NCBI GenBank assembly: GCA_963847445.1
Contig: CAWJZV010000004.1
Coordinates: forward strand, 128,001 to 192,000
DNA: 64,000 nt
Direction: 5' to 3'
From: an uncultured delta proteobacterium
Lineage (GTDB): Bacteria; Desulfobacterota; Binatia; UBA9968
Positions 37,098 to 50,712 of the stretch are shown here, in pieces (within the stretch, counting starts at the first letter, position 1; every line of letters begins with the position of its first letter). The notes under the pieces were generated by a model. The model saw only the letters and a program-made list of their open reading frames with translations. It made no database searches and was not told the origin of the DNA. The position numbers and the translations under genes were made by a program.

Positions 37098-37687
37098 TTA
37101 TTCAATCCTCTGGGCGAAAATGCGCGGCGCGAAACGCCGCCGCCCCGCCATCGGCAAATTTCCCTTCGCGATAGAACAATACGCGAAAGTCGCCAAAGCA
37201 TTCGAGCAACTCGTTATGTCGTAACAGGTAGTCGGGATTCTTCGGATGCCCGACCGCGGCTTGGTCGATGAGATAGGTCTCGAAGATCACATGACCGCCG
37301 GGCTTCACCGCCTGCCGCATTGGCCGGAATAGCGAGCGCTGAAGATAGTTGAAGTTGATAATCAGATCGAAATCGCCAGCAGCAGGCGCGAGCTCGCTCG
37401 CTTCCAAGTCGCAGAGATGCCAGTCGATGAGCAGATCTTGCTGCCGCGCCCGCTGCCGGCCTTCCGCTAAAGCGACGGCGGAAATATCCAGCGCCGTCAC
37501 GGCGAAGCCGCGCTGCGCTAGATAGATCGCGTTACGTCCCTTGCCGCAGGCGATGTCCAACGCCGTCCCGCCAAGCGCCAGGCCAAGCGTCGCTTTCAAG
37601 AATCTCGCGGAGAAAAGCCGATGGCTGTTCAGTACCCAGTGACTTCAGATGCTGGTGGTCCCAGCGCATGCGGTCGTCGGTGGACAT
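37098..37687 (-). CDS. Class I SAM-dependent methyltransferase (TehB-like); frameshifts
   Basis: DRMRWD N-terminus, LDIACGKGRNA, NFNYLQR, PGGHVIFET, NPDYLL. Confidence 0.8.
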
Positions 37688-37704
37688 AACTGTTCAGCTC
37701 GAAA

Positions 37705-38468
37705 CTAGTACACCGCTCGCGCCAGAGTCAGGACATACACTTCTTTGGCGCCGCCTTGTTTCAACGTGCGGCTGCATTCGTTGACGGTCGCTCCCGAGGT
37801 GTAAACATCGTCAATCAGCAAGATGCGCTTGTCTTTGACCGGTCGCTCGGCGTTGAGCGCGAACGCGCCGCGCACGTTGCGCCGCCGCTCTTCCTCCGGC
37901 AGCTGAGTCTGCGCCGCGGTTTCACGGCGGCGCGTGCAATAGGAACAGGTCCAACTGAATATTGTAAGCGCGGCCGACCTCGCGGCCCAAGAGCACCGAT
38001 TGATTGAAGCCGCGCCAGCGCAGTCTTTTCGGATAGAGCGGCACCGGCACGATCACGTCGGCGTTCACCGCCGCGAGAAATTCTCGGCAGCCGTGCGCCA
38101 TCAATCGGCCCAGCGGTTTGCCGAGCGAGACCTTGCGGCTGTATTTGAACTTTTGCACGACTTGGCGCAGCGGATGCTCCTCTTCGCGCGGGTAGCAAGC
38201 CCAGGCGCGCGCCGCGACGAACTGCGGCGGCCGTTCTAAACAGACGCCGCAAGCATGATCGTCGCCGCTGCCGTCGGGATAGGGCCGGCCGCAAATATTG
38301 CACAGCGGATGGCCGACCAGCTGAATATGCTGCTCGGCAGAGCGAACAGAAATACTCCGCATCGCGGCCGACGATTCTGCCGCGGCAGGCCCGGCAGCGC
38401 GGCGGATAAAGCCAATCGAGCAGCCAATCGACGCGCTCCGGCAATCTTGCAATAGCGGAAAGCTCCAT
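37705..38468 (-). CDS. comF: ComF-family protein (double zinc ribbon + PRTase); frameshifts
   Basis: [35 protein letters not shown] across frames. Confidence 0.82.
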
Positions 38469-38524
38469 GGCGAAAGTGAGCTTAGCAAACCGGAGCGGCA
38501 AGTAGCAAAGCTGAAATGAAAGGC

Positions 38525-40072
38525 CTAAGACTCGACGATTAGAGAATGACCGGTCATCTCCGCCGGCTGCGGCAAACCCAGCAGTTGCATCACCGTCGGC
38601 GCGACATCGATGGCGGTGCCTGGATTGAGCCGGCAGCGGCGATGCGCTTCGTCGATCAGAATCACCGGCACCAGATTGATCGTGTGCGCCGTGTGCGGCA
38701 TGCCGGTGTCGTAGTCGATCAGCTGCTCGATGTTGCCATGATCGGCGGTGATGATGATTTTGCCCTGCTTCGCCAAGCGTCGCGTCCACCACTTTGCCCA
38801 GACACTCGTCGATGACTTCCACCGCTTTGACCGAGGCTTCGAAGTTTCCCGTATGGCCGACCATGTCGGCGTTGGCGTAGTTGGCGATCACCAGCCCGAC
38901 ATCGGTTTCGCGCAAGTGTTTCACCAGCGCCTCGGTCACCGGCCGCGCGCTCATCTCCGGCTTCAAATCGTAGGTCGCCACGTCTTTCGGCGAAGGAATG
39001 AGAATCCGCTCTTCGCCGGGGAATTTGCTTTCCTCGCCGCCGTTGAAGAAGTACGTCACATGGGCGTACTTTTCCGTCTCGGCGATGCGCAACTGCTTGA
39101 CCCCCGCCTGGCTGGCGACTTCACCCAAGATCTTTCTAATCTCGCGCGGCTGGTAAGCCACCGGATGCTTAAAGGTTTCGTCATACTGGGTCATGGTCGT
39201 GTAGCTCGCCAGATCGATGCGCCGCGGGCGCGGAAAGTCGGTGAACTCCGGCATCGGTCAAGGCGCGCGTCAGCTCGCGCGCCCGGTCGGCGCGGAAGTT
39301 GAAAAAAATCACGCCGTCGCCGTCGCGGATCAGTCCATCCGGCACAACGCCGTCGATGGTCGTCGGCAGGAGAAATTCATCGGTGATCTTAGCCTGATAG
39401 CTCGCGCGAATCGCCTCGAGCGCGGATGGCGCGCGGTTGCCGATGCCTTCGGTCAGACAAACATAGGCTTTCTCGACGCGCTCCCAGCGCTTGTCGCGGT
39501 CCATGGCGTAATAGCGCCCGCTCACCGTGGCAATTTTGACGTTGGGGAAGTTTTTCAGTTTCTCGTTCAAGTCGAGCATGAACTGCTCGGCGCTGTTGGG
39601 CGGGGTATCGCGGCCATCGAGAAACAGGTGCAGATAGACCTGAGCCGAGCCGTTCGCGCTTGGCCATCTCGAGGATCGCTTCCATGTGGCGCTGGTGGCT
39701 ATGCACGCCGCCGTCGCCCAATAGCCCCATCAAATGCAGCCGGTCGCTCTTCGCCTTGGTCTTACGCAGCGCGTCGAGCAGCACGCGATTGCGATAGAAA
39801 CTCGCCTTCGTCGATGTCTTTGTGGATCAAGGTCAAATCCTGGTAAACAACGCGCCCCGCACCGAGAATCATATGGCCCACTTCCGAGTTGCCCATCTGA
39901 CCTGCCGGCAGGCCGACATCGACACCGGACATGGACAGACGCGAGTTGGGATAGTCGCGCAGCAAGGCATCGAGATTGGGCGTGGTCGCGTTGGCGATGG
40001 CGTTGAAGTCTTTGCGCGGATTGATGCCGAAGCCGTCGAGAATGACCAAAACCACCGGCTGGATTGGCTCAC
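38525..40072 (-). CDS. gpmI: 2,3-bisphosphoglycerate-independent phosphoglycerate mutase; frameshifts
   Basis: [62 protein letters not shown]. Confidence 0.93.
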
Positions 40073-40163
40073 GAGAGATTCCTTTCGAGTCGACGGCGAA
40101 CCGAAGAGCGAGTAAAATTTGTTCGGTTTTTGCGTCGAACATGTTGCGTTCAATTTGTTTTTG

Positions 40164-40242
40164 CACCACGAAGAGCACGAAAGACGCGAAGGGTTCGGAA
40201 ATGAATACTCCGAACTTCGTGATCTTCGTGTCCTTCGTGGTG
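40164..40242. repeat. REP/MITE-like palindromic element (CACGAAG arms)
   Basis: CACCACGAAGAGCACGAAAG..GTTCGGA ... TCCGAACTTCGTGATCTTCGTGTCCTTCGTGGTG. Confidence 0.85.
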
Positions 40243-40291
40243 AAGCATCTTCACAGTAAACCCAGTAGAACCGTTTTAATAGTCAGCCAGG

Positions 40292-40705
40292 CTAGTTGGA
40301 CAGTTGCGCGTCGCTGGCGCGCTGTTGCGCGATCAGTTTGGCGTAGCTGGCCGGCAGCTTCGCCTGCGGCGCGTGGCTCCATAAGCCGTCGAGATCGTAG
40401 AACTGGCGCATCGGCTCGTAGAAGATGTGGACAATCACATCGGAAAAATCCATCAACACCCAATGGCCGCGCTGCGTGCCTTCGACGGCATACGGCCGCA
40501 CGCCGGCGCTCGCCGCCTCTTGTTGCAAACCTTGGGCGATGCTCTGCACCTGGCGGTCGGAGCGACCCGAGCAAAGGATGAAGTATTCGGCGATCGAAGT
40601 GTGCGCATGGACGTCGAGCACGACCAGGTCGCCAGCTTTCTTATCCAGCGCCGCCCGCGTCAGCAACAGCGCTTTGTCCCAGGCACTCAAAGCTTTGACT
40701 TTCAC
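40292..40705 (-). CDS. rsfS: Ribosome silencing factor
   Basis: DKKA..LDV, FILCSGRSDRQV, WVLMDFSDVIVHIF, FYDLDGLW; GTG start overlapping the nadD stop. Confidence 0.9.
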   Translation of the reverse strand: MKVKALSAWDKALLLTRAALDKKAGDLVVLDVHAHTSIAEYFILCSGRSDRQVQSIAQGLQQEAASAGVRPYAVEGTQRGHWVLMDFSDVIVHIFYEPMRQFYDLDGLWSHAPQAKLPASYAKLIAQQRASDAQLSN

Positions 40706-41365
40706 GAACTCTCCCTGCGGTCGCCGTATAGCCGGCGCCGTTTGATATAGTTCTTCACCGCTGACGGGTAACAAATAACGTATGGACTTTCCTTTGCGCA
40801 CGAGCGCGCGAATTTCTGAAGCTGAGATGGCGATATCGGTGAGCTCGATAAAATGCACTCGGGTGCCGCTCTGATGACGGTAGTTGCGTCTTTTAGAATC
40901 ATAACAAAACAGTTTTCTCACGGCAACGCCGGCGCCCTTGAGCGGATCGTTCTCCTTGCTGCCCGGTCGCGACGTGACGATGAAGTTGCACAAAGGAAAA
41001 ATCTCTTTGAAATCCTTCCAAGTACCGATCTCGATGAATGCGTCCAAGCCGATGATGAAGTAAAGCGAATCGCGCTTGGTGAGCTGGCCGGCAAATTCAC
41101 GAATCGTGTCGACGGAATAGGACAATCCGGGGCGGTCTAACTCCACCGTCGACACCGCGAAGCGCGGATTGCGCGCCACCGCCAGGCGGACCATGCGCAG
41201 GCGGTCCTGGGCCGGCGTCGTGGTCTTGCCGCGTTTGTGCGGCGGTATCGAGGCGGGGATGAAGTAAACTCGGTCGAGACCATAGGTCTCGCTCACCTCT
41301 TCCGCGCTGCGCAGATGGCCCCAATGGATCGGATCGAAGGTGCCGCCGAACAGGCCGACTTTCAT
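40702..41365 (-). CDS. nadD: Nicotinate-nucleotide adenylyltransferase; frameshift near 40770
   Basis: FGGTFDPIHWGH, PPHK, SYSVDT, IIGLDAF, ISASEIR. Confidence 0.92.
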
Positions 41366-41465
41366 TAGAAGAGGCGACAACCTTTCGGGGTCTGACGAAG
41401 ATGGTCACTCACACGACCGATATCAGCCAGGACGAAGCTAAAATCGTTTCGCTCCGCGGGGCCGC

Positions 41466-41520
41466 TTTCGCGTTTCGGGTTTCGCGTAACTCGAAACTCG
41501 GAACTCGGAACTCGAAACTC
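41466..41520. repeat. Inverted heptamer tandem arrays
   Basis: TTTCGCG TTTCGGG TTTCGCG then (AACTCGR)x4 AACTC. Confidence 0.75.
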
Positions 41521-41554
41521 CGTGGCGGCGGGTGGTTTTCCTGGCGGGGCGATT

Positions 41555-42822
41555 TCATTCGCGAATCTGCCCATCGCCAAAGACGATAAACTTGGTCGTC
41601 GTCAGCTCTTCCAGCCCCATGGGTCCGAAGGCGTGAATCTTGCTCGTGCTGATGCCGATCTCCGCGCCAAGGCCCAATTCGCCGCCATCGTTGAAACGCG
41701 TCGACGCATTGACCATCACGGCGGAGGAGTTTACTCGATCGATGAACTCGCGGGATTTTTGATAGTTGTTGGTAATAATGCTCTCGGTATGTTCCGAGCC
41801 GTACCGTTCGATATGATCGATCGCCTCGTCCATATCTTTGACTACGCGCACCGAAACGATCAATTCGAGATACTCGGTGACCCAGTCTGTCTGCGGTGGC
41901 TTGCTTGATGCCCGGCACCAGCGCGCGGGTCTTGTCGCAGCCGCGCACCTCGACCTTGGCCGCTCGATACTTCTCGATCATCGCCGGCAAGAATTGCGCC
42001 GCGACTGCTTCGTGAACCAACAGAGTCTCCATGGCGTTGCACACCGACGGCCGCTGCACCTTGGCGTTGAAACAGATCCGCTCGGCCATCTGCCAACGAC
42101 GCATCGCTGTCGACGTAGACATGGCAGATGCCTTTGTAGTGTTTGATCACCGGGATCTTCGAATTGGCCACCACGGCGCGGATCAGATCCTCGCCGCCGC
42201 GCGGAATAATCAGATCGATATACTCTTCCAATTGCAGCAGCTCGTTGACCAGTGCGTGATCTTTAACCTGGACGACTTGAACCGCGTCCGGCGGCACGCG
42301 CGTCTCGGCGCAGGCTTCGCGCAGCACCGCGCCGATCGCTTGATTGGAATGATGCGCTTCACTGCCGCCGCGCAGAATCACCGCGTTGCCGGACTTGAGA
42401 CAGAGCGCCGCGGCATCGGCGGTGACGTTGGGGCGGGCTTCGTAGATCATGCCGATGACGCCCAGCGGTATGCGCATGCGCCCCACTTGCAAGCCGTTGG
42501 GCCGGCGCCACATCTTGACCACTTCGCGCACCGGGTCGGGCAGCGCCGCGACATCGCGCAGCCCCTGCGCCATCGCCCGCACCCGGCCCGGGTCGAGCGC
42601 GATGCGGTCGAGCATGGCGCTCGCCACGCCCTTCGCCTTGGCGAATTCGAGATCTTTCTGGTTCTCTGCGATCAAGAAGTCGCTCCGGGCTTCAAGCTTC
42701 TCGGCCATCAGCAACAAGGCGCGATTCTTCTCTGCCGAAGACAATGGCGCCAACTGGCGCGCGGCGATTTTGGCTTGTTGGGCCAAGCGAAGAGCTTGTT
42801 GTTTTAGCGCTGTGTCCGGCAT
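41555..42822 (-). CDS. proA: Gamma-glutamyl phosphate reductase; frameshifts
   Basis: [57 protein letters not shown]. Confidence 0.93.
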
Positions 42823-42829
42823 GGCAGTT

Positions 42830-43962
<1,133 letters not shown>

Positions 43963-43966
<4 letters not shown>

Positions 43967-44988
43967 TGTCGGTCTGCGTCCTGTTGCCTCACTTCGTCGA
44001 GTTTGCGGCCGATGGCATAGACCAGCGCCTGCACGCCCTCGGTGGTCGCCGCCGAGATCACATGCAACGGGCGATAGGCTTTGGGCAATTTCTTGCCGAG
44101 TAACTTGGCCAACTCCCGGCCCTCGGGCAAATCGATTTTGTTGGCGACGACGATTTGCGGCTTGTCGATCAATTCCGGATCGAAAAGCTCCATCTCGCGG
44201 TTGATCGCCCGCCATTCGGCTAACGGATCTTTCTCGTCGAGCTGCGAGGCGTCGAGCACATGAACCAGCACCCGCGTGCGCAGGATATGACGAAGAAACT
44301 TATCGCCCAGGCCATGGCCCTGGTGCGCCCCTTCGATGAGGCCGGGAATATCCGCCGCGACAAAACTCTTGCCTGCGCCGTAACTGACCACACCCAGATT
44401 GGGTACCAGTGTAGTGAACGGATAGTCGGCGATCTTCGGCCGCACCGCCGAGATCACCGAGATCAGCGTCGACTTGCCGGCATTGGGCAGGCCGATGATG
44501 CCGACATCGGCGAGCAAGCGAAGCTCGACCTCCAGGTCGCGCTCGACACCCGGTTCGCCCGGTTGACAGAAACGCGGACTGCGATTGGTCGATGATGCGA
44601 AGTGCGCGTTACCCTTGCCGCCGCGCCCGCCGGCGGCGATCACCGCCCGCTCACCTGGAGTTTTCAAGTCCGCCAGCAGCTCGCCGCTGACGACATCGCG
44701 GATCAACGTCCCCACCGGAACTTTGATAATGCAATCGTCGCCGCGCCGGCCGTCGCAGTCGGCGTCGCCGCCGCGCTTGCCGGGATTCGCTTTCCATTCT
44801 TTCCGATAGCGTAAGTCGAGCAATGTCGACAGCTGCGGGTCCGCAATGGCGACCACGTCGCCGCCATGACCGCCGTTACCGCCATCTGCCGGGCCTCGAC
44901 GGACAAACTTAGCCCGGTAAAAACTCACGGCCCCCGGCCCGCCGTCACCGGCGATCGCGCGGATCTTAGTCTCATCGATAAATTTCAT
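43963..44988 (-). CDS. obgE: GTPase Obg/CgtA
   Basis: MKFIDE, Gly-rich Obg fold, GLPNAGKST, DYPFTT, DIPGLIEGA, NKID. Confidence 0.96.
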
Positions 44989-45127
44989 AACAAGCGGACT
45001 TCAGTAAACAGTTATCACTCGTCAGTATGATCAGAGCATGACCGAAAAAACCTCGATCCGCCAGCTAAGCCCGGACAACTACTAACTGATAGCTGGCAGC
45101 CTTTCCCATCTTCGCCATCTTCCAGAC

Positions 45128-45157
45128 AAAAAAAAAGCCCCGAAAGGGGGCTTCTTT
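45128..45157 (-). terminator. Intrinsic terminator after rpmA
   Basis: A9-GCCCC-GAAAG-GGGGC hairpin; U-tract on the minus strand. Confidence 0.7.
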
Positions 45158-45178
45158 CATAGGAGTCCAATGAGAAAA

Positions 45179-45436
45179 TTACTGAGCCGGGACAACTTCG
45201 ACTTTCTTGCGGGTCTTATCGTAGCGGCCATATTTGACCACGCCGTCGACGAGCGAGAAGAGAGTATAGTCGCGCCCCATGCCGACGTTGGTGCCGGGAT
45301 GAATCTTGGTGCCCAACTGGCGCACTAGAATATTGCCCGCGCGCACAGTCTGGCCGCCGTACACTTTGACGCCCCGTCGCTGCCCATTACTATCGCGCCC
45401 GTTGCGCGAACTGCCGCCTGCTTTTTTATGTGCCAT
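45179..45436 (-). CDS. rpmA: 50S ribosomal protein L27
   Basis: [26 protein letters not shown]. Confidence 0.98.
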   Translation of the reverse strand: MAHKKAGGSSRNGRDSNGQRRGVKVYGGQTVRAGNILVRQLGTKIHPGTNVGMGRDYTLFSLVDGVVKYGRYDKTRKKVEVVPAQ

Positions 45437-45449
45437 ATCTGCTCCCGAG

Positions 45450-45765
45450 CTATGCTTCGATGGAGGTGATTTTTAGCGCCGTCTGATACTGCCGATGACC
45501 CTGCTGCCGGCTGTAGCCTTTGCGCCGTTTCTTTTTGAAAACGATGATCTTCTTGGCGCGCCCCTGTTCGACGATTTCGCCGGTGACCGTGGCGTTGGCC
45601 ACCAAGGGAGTGCCGATTTTTACGTCATCGTCATTGCCGACAAACAAGACATCCGCCAGGGTGATTTTCTCGCCCACTTCGAGCGTCGAGCTTCTCGATC
45701 TTGACGACATCGCCTTCAGAGACGCGGTATTGCTTACCGCCGGTTCTAATTACTGCATATTTCAT
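45450..45765 (-). CDS. rplU: 50S ribosomal protein L21; frameshift near 45683
   Basis: [19 protein letters not shown] ... [17 protein letters not shown]. Confidence 0.95.
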
Positions 45766-45952
45766 AGGAATTTACCGAAACGTAAGAAGTAAAGGAAAAA
45801 TCGCCCAAAGTCAACCAAACCAAGCACTTGGAGAACAACTCGATGCATACGTCGGCGCGCCTCTTGCCAAAACGATTACCAATTCTTACTTTATACGACA
45901 ATACCGGGTACGCTATCAATTGACATCGACGACGCCAATCAGGAGAAACATC

Positions 45953-46552
45953 ATGCGCACAATGACTTTCCAGTCCAGATCGCTAGCCGCTCTCAGTTTT
46001 GTCGCCCTCCTGGCGGTTTCCGGCTGCGGCTATAACGATCTCCAGGGGCTTGATGAGGAAGTCAAAGGCGCCTGGGCCGAAGTTCAGAACCAGTACCAGC
46101 GGCGCGCCGACTTAGTCCCGAATCTCGTCGCCACAGTAAAGGGCGCGGCTAATTTCGAACAGGAAACATTGCAGAAAGTCATCGAAGCTCGTAGCGCCGC
46201 GACCTCGATCAAACTTGACGCGCAAGCGCTCAGCGACCCGGCGATGTTCAAGAAGTTCGAAGAAGCCCAACGCAATCTCTCCGGCTCGCTATCGAGGTTA
46301 TTGGTCGTCGCCGAGCAATATCCCGATTTAAAAGCCAATCAAAACTTCCGCGATCTCCAAGCCCAGCTCGAAGGCACGGAAAACCGCGTCGCCGTCGCCC
46401 GCGGCCGTTACAGCAAGTCGGTTGTCGAATTCAACAAGAAGGTTCGCTTCTTCCCGACGAGTTTAACCGCGCAATATCTGCTCGGCATGAAAGTGCGCGA
46501 AAACTTCAGCGCCGACGAAGCCGCGCAGAAACCACCGCAGGTGAAGTTTTAG
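45953..46552 (+). CDS. lemA: LemA-family protein
   Basis: SGCGYN, QYQRRADLVPNLV, YPDLKANQNF, LEGTENR; AGGAG RBS. Confidence 0.92.
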   Translation: MRTMTFQSRSLAALSFVALLAVSGCGYNDLQGLDEEVKGAWAEVQNQYQRRADLVPNLVATVKGAANFEQETLQKVIEARSAATSIKLDAQALSDPAMFKKFEEAQRNLSGSLSRLLVVAEQYPDLKANQNFRDLQAQLEGTENRVAVARGRYSKSVVEFNKKVRFFPTSLTAQYLLGMKVRENFSADEAAQKPPQVKF

Positions 46553-46636
46553 CCGGCGCGTTACGAACAAGCGCTAAAGGTCCTCACCCTGAACGCCATC
46601 CAGAGATTGACTCCCCAAAGGCGATACGGCGCTCAG

Positions 46637-47400
46637 ATGCAGCCGTATCGCCCGGTATTGTTAATTATCTTCCTGCTGCTGTTTTCTGCTGTTGCCGTCG
46701 CGCTCGATGTGCCGCAGCTGCGCGGCCGCGTCAACGACTACGCCAACGTGCTGCAGTCGAGTCAAGCCCAGGCACTTGAGGCCCAGCTCGCCCAGCTCGA
46801 ACGCGATACCGGTCACCAGGTCGTGGTCCTAACGATACCGACACTGGACGGCGAAGATATCGAAGGCTTCAGCATTCGCGTTGCTGAGAACTGGAAGATC
46901 GGCAAAAAGGGTTACGACAACGGCGCCATTCTGGTAGTCGCGGTCAAAGATCGACGGCTTCGCCTAGAAGTAGGCTACGGTCTCGAAGGCGTCTTACCCG
47001 ACGCCATCGCGAAACGAGTCATCGCAGACTATATCGTGCCGCACTTCCGCCAACAGGATTACGCCGGCGGCATTATCGCCGGCATCGACGCAGTCCAGAA
47101 AGTCATCAGAAAAGAACCCCTGCCGGAATCGGCGCGCAAAAAAACTCAGAGCCGTGGCTGGAACATGAATTCCCCGATCATGATCGCCATCACCCTCGCG
47201 GTCCTCGGCTTAATGGGCTTCGCCTCCACGGGCGATCGCCGGCGCAACAGCATGTGGGGCACCCGTGGCCGGCGTGGCGGGCCGATGATCTTTGGCGGTC
47301 CCAGCGGTTGGGGCGGCGGTGGGTTTGGCGGAGGTGGGGCGGTGGTTTTAGCGGCGGCGGAGGAGGGTTCGGTGGCGGCGGCTCGTCCGGTAGTTGGTAG
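46637..47400 (+). CDS. TPM-domain (YgcG-like) membrane protein with Gly-rich tail; frameshift in tail
   Basis: GRVNDYA, WKIGKKGYDNG, EVGYGLEG; GGGFGGGGSSGSW terminus. Confidence 0.88.
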
Positions 47401-47402
47401 CT

Positions 47403-48029
47403 ATGAAAGCTGAAACATTCTTCACCGACCAAGAAAAGGAACGCATCCGCCAGGCGGTCGTCGCCGCCGAGTCGAAAACCGCCGGTGAGATCGTGCCGAT
47501 GATCGTCACGTCGGCGGCGCGCTATACAGAGATCGAACTGCTCGGCCTAGTCGCCGGGCTCTTCGCCGGCATGTTAGTGGAATGGTTTTGGAGCGATCCG
47601 TGGGGATCGCCGTACTTTCAACTCTGGCCGGTCATCGGCGCCTTGGCCGGTTTCCTCGTCTGCCGGCTCCCAGCGGTGAAACGAATTCTGGCGTCCAGAG
47701 GCCGTATCGGCGAGGCGGTTCATACTCTCGCGCTCGCGTCGTTTACCGATCAGGGCCTGCACCACACGCGCGATCACACGGGAATCTTGATCCTCATCGC
47801 GCTTTTGGAGCACCGCGTTGAAGTGCTTGCCGACCGTGGCATCAATGAAAAAGTCAGCCACGACACTTGGGATGAAATCGTCCACAGCATCACCGCCGGT
47901 ATCAAATCCGGCCACGCCTGCGATGCCTACTGCAAAGCGATTGAGCGCTGCGGTGACATCCTCGCGACTCACTTTCCGCGCCAGACCGACGATAAGGATG
48001 AGTTGCCCAATCGCCTCGTCACCAAGTAG
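47403..48029 (+). CDS. TPM-domain membrane protein (lemA operon partner)
   Basis: AESKTAGEIV, TRDHTGILI, LADRGI, DELPN. Confidence 0.88.
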   Translation: MKAETFFTDQEKERIRQAVVAAESKTAGEIVPMIVTSAARYTEIELLGLVAGLFAGMLVEWFWSDPWGSPYFQLWPVIGALAGFLVCRLPAVKRILASRGRIGEAVHTLALASFTDQGLHHTRDHTGILILIALLEHRVEVLADRGINEKVSHDTWDEIVHSITAGIKSGHACDAYCKAIERCGDILATHFPRQTDDKDELPNRLVTK

Positions 48030-48120
48030 CGGACGACGCCATTTATCCAGCCCTTGATGGTCGCTGGCAGCATCGTCTAAGCCATCGACGACGAAGGGTT
48101 TTTGAAGAAGCTAAAGTAAG

Positions 48121-48178
48121 GGAGCGCGGCCTTTCCTGTCCGCGACTGATAATTGGCGGGTTAGAAAACCCGCGCTCC
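48121..48178. repeat. Inverted repeat between convergent genes (REP-like / terminator)
   Basis: GGAGCGCGG ... CCGCGCTCC. Confidence 0.55.
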
Positions 48179-48446
48179 TTTGAAATGCCAAGGAGCCAGG
48201 TCAGCATCTTAGGATTGTAGGATCGAGTCAGAGCCCTAGAAGCCTCAGCCCGAATATTGAAGAGGCCTAGCCAATGCTACGAGGCCCAGCAAGCCGGATC
48301 TGGGCGAAGAGTTCCTCATTTGCCGTCGACGAAGTATCAAAGCCGTCGTGCGCAGAATTCGGCTTTCATTTCCGGAAATGCATCGCCCAGATCCCCGTTC
48401 GCGTCCCGATTGCTCGGAGCACCGACGAAGGGTCCGGCCAAACTTC

Positions 48447-50508
48447 CTACTTCCGCACCAACCGCACATCCACCGCCGCCACGCCGCCGCCCTGGGCGCG
48501 CACCATGATCGGGTTGATTTCCATGTCCGACAGATGAATTTCTGATGCGCCGCGAAAATTTCCGACAGGCCGACCATCGCCTGCACCAACGCATCGACAT
48601 CGCGCGGGCCTTGGCCGCGCACGCCTTCGAAGACTTTGTAGCCGCGCAGTTCTTTCAACATCGCGCGCGCTTCCTTTTCGTCCACCGGCAGCAAGCGAAT
48701 GGATACGTCTTTCAAGAACTTCGACGAAGATACCGCCAAGACCGACCATCAGGAACGGCCCATACTGCGGATCGGTGCGCGCGCCGATAAGCACTTCAGT
48801 GCCCTGGACCATTTCTTGGACGAGCAACTGCGCTTTGCCTGAAGTCTTGGCAAGCAGTTTCTGCCCTTCGGCTTGCACTTCATCGGCGCTCTTCAAACCG
48901 AGCACCACTGCGCCGGACTCGGTCTTATGCACGACATCTGCGGCGATCAATTTCAGCGCCACCGGAAAGCCGATCTCCTTCGCCCGCGCCGCTGCGTCGG
49001 CCGCTGAGTCCGCCAGCGATTGCTTCGGCAAGCCGATGCCTTTGCTCTGCAAAAGCTTATTCAACATCTCGCCGTCGAGCACAGCCGGATTGCCATTGGC
49101 CGCCGGCAACGGCGGCACACCGGCGTTCCTGCGCTCGCCGTACAGCCCCAATCCCGCCAGCGCGCGCAGCGTCGGTTTGATCGCCTGCAAGAAAGGCATG
49201 CCGGCTTCTTCCTGAAAGGCGCGGCTCTCGTCCGTGCAGCTGTAGGTGGAACGGCCGAACGCCAGCACCGGCTTGTCGGTCGCTTCGAGCACGCTTTTAA
49301 ACAAGCCGGCGTTTCTCGTCTGGCCGCGCGGCAGTTCGCCGTGGATCGCCATGAGATCGACGCCGGGATCTTCGGCGTGCAGTTTGACGATGTTGATGAA
49401 TCCCGCCTCGTCGCCGAAACCGGCGACGCCGCATTCAAGCGGATTCTCGACAGCCAATTCCGCCGGGATCAGCGGCCGCACCGCTTCTTTGGTTTTGTCG
49501 CTCAGCTGCGCCAGGTTGGTGTTCAAGTCGTCGCAATGATCGCAGATCAAGCCTTTCATACCGCCGGAGTTGACGACGATCGCCGCGCGGCTGCCCTTGG
49601 GAAAGCGTCCCAGCATGAACGCCAACGTGATTTCGGTCATGTCTTCCAGCGTCGGGCAACGAACGATGCCAAAACGCTTGCACATGGCGTCGAACACTTC
49701 GTCGGCGCCGGCGAGCGAACCGGTGTGCGAGATCGCCTGGCGCTTGCCCATCTCCGAGCGGCCGAGCTTGACGGCGAGAATCGGTTTGCCTTTTTGCAGC
49801 GCCTGTTCGCGCCACCGCCATGAACTCGTTGGGGCGGCGAATGCCTTCGACCATCAGCGTGATCACCTTGGTGTCGGGATCGTCGACCAAGAACGAAAGA
49901 TAATCGACCAGATCGAGACTCACTTCGTTGCCGCTGGAAATCGCATAGGAGAATCCGATGCCGCGCTCGGTGGCGCCCTTGATCCAGTTGCCGAGCGAAC
50001 CGCCGCTCTGAAAAATCAAACCCACCGGACCTTTCTTCAGCAGCGGCGTCGCGGTGGGAAACGTCCACAACCCTTCGCCGACGGAATAGGAACCCATGCA
50101 GTTAGGACCGCAGATCACCATGCCGGTCTTGTCGCACAGCTCGCGCATCTGCTGCGCCCGCTCTTTGCCCTTGTCATCATCGCCTTCGCCGAAACCGGCG
50201 GTGTAAATCGTCGCCGAGCGCGTGCCCAACTTCGCCGCCTCTTCGAGCACGCCGAGCACGGCGCGAGTGGGAATGAGGATCAGCAATTCGTCGGGAACTT
50301 CCGGGCAGGCCGCCAAGTTGGGATAACATTTGTCGCCATAAAGTTCTTGGTAATTGGGATTGATCAAATAAACGCCGCCAGGAAACTTCGCGCCTTTCAA
50401 ATTGCGATAAATCCCCTGCGGCCACGCGCCCTTCTGCGACGCGCCGATGATCGCCACCGACTTCGCGCGCAATAAATTACCGACCGGTTTCGCGGTGAAT
50501 GTAGCCAT
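48447..50508 (-). CDS. ADP-forming acyl-CoA synthetase (acetate--CoA ligase family, fused alpha/beta); frameshifts
   Basis: AIIGAS, GPNCMG, FQSGG, SSGNE, SHTGSLAG phospho-His, HKTESG, EINP, VDVR. Confidence 0.88.
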
Positions 50509-50578
50509 GTAATTTCCTTCTAAATTGAGATGGGATTGCTATGTCATAGACGCCGGGTGACTGCAAGAATCGGGGGAA

Positions 50579-50712
50579 TTGGAGTGATGGAGTCGTGGAG
50601 TGTTGGAGTAATGGAAAGTCAGAAATCTGACAATCGCGAATCGATCACTCCCGCAGCGGCTGATGCGAAATTTTTCGCAGAAGTTATTTTGCGCCCTTTG
50701 CGTTCTTTGCGG
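50579..50712. repeat. 8-bp tandem array plus half CGCAAAG-type element
   Basis: TGGAGTGA TGGAGTCG TGGAGTGT TGGAGTAA; TTTTGCGCCCTTTGCGTTCTTTGCGG (near-identical copy at 55829-55855). Confidence 0.65.

Noticed and set aside
40292-41380. NadD-RsfS fusion protein (362-aa ORF)
   Set aside because: The true NadD C-terminus (AVKNYIKRRRLY) is in another frame ending at 40702, and rsfS has its own RBS and GTG; frameshift artefact.
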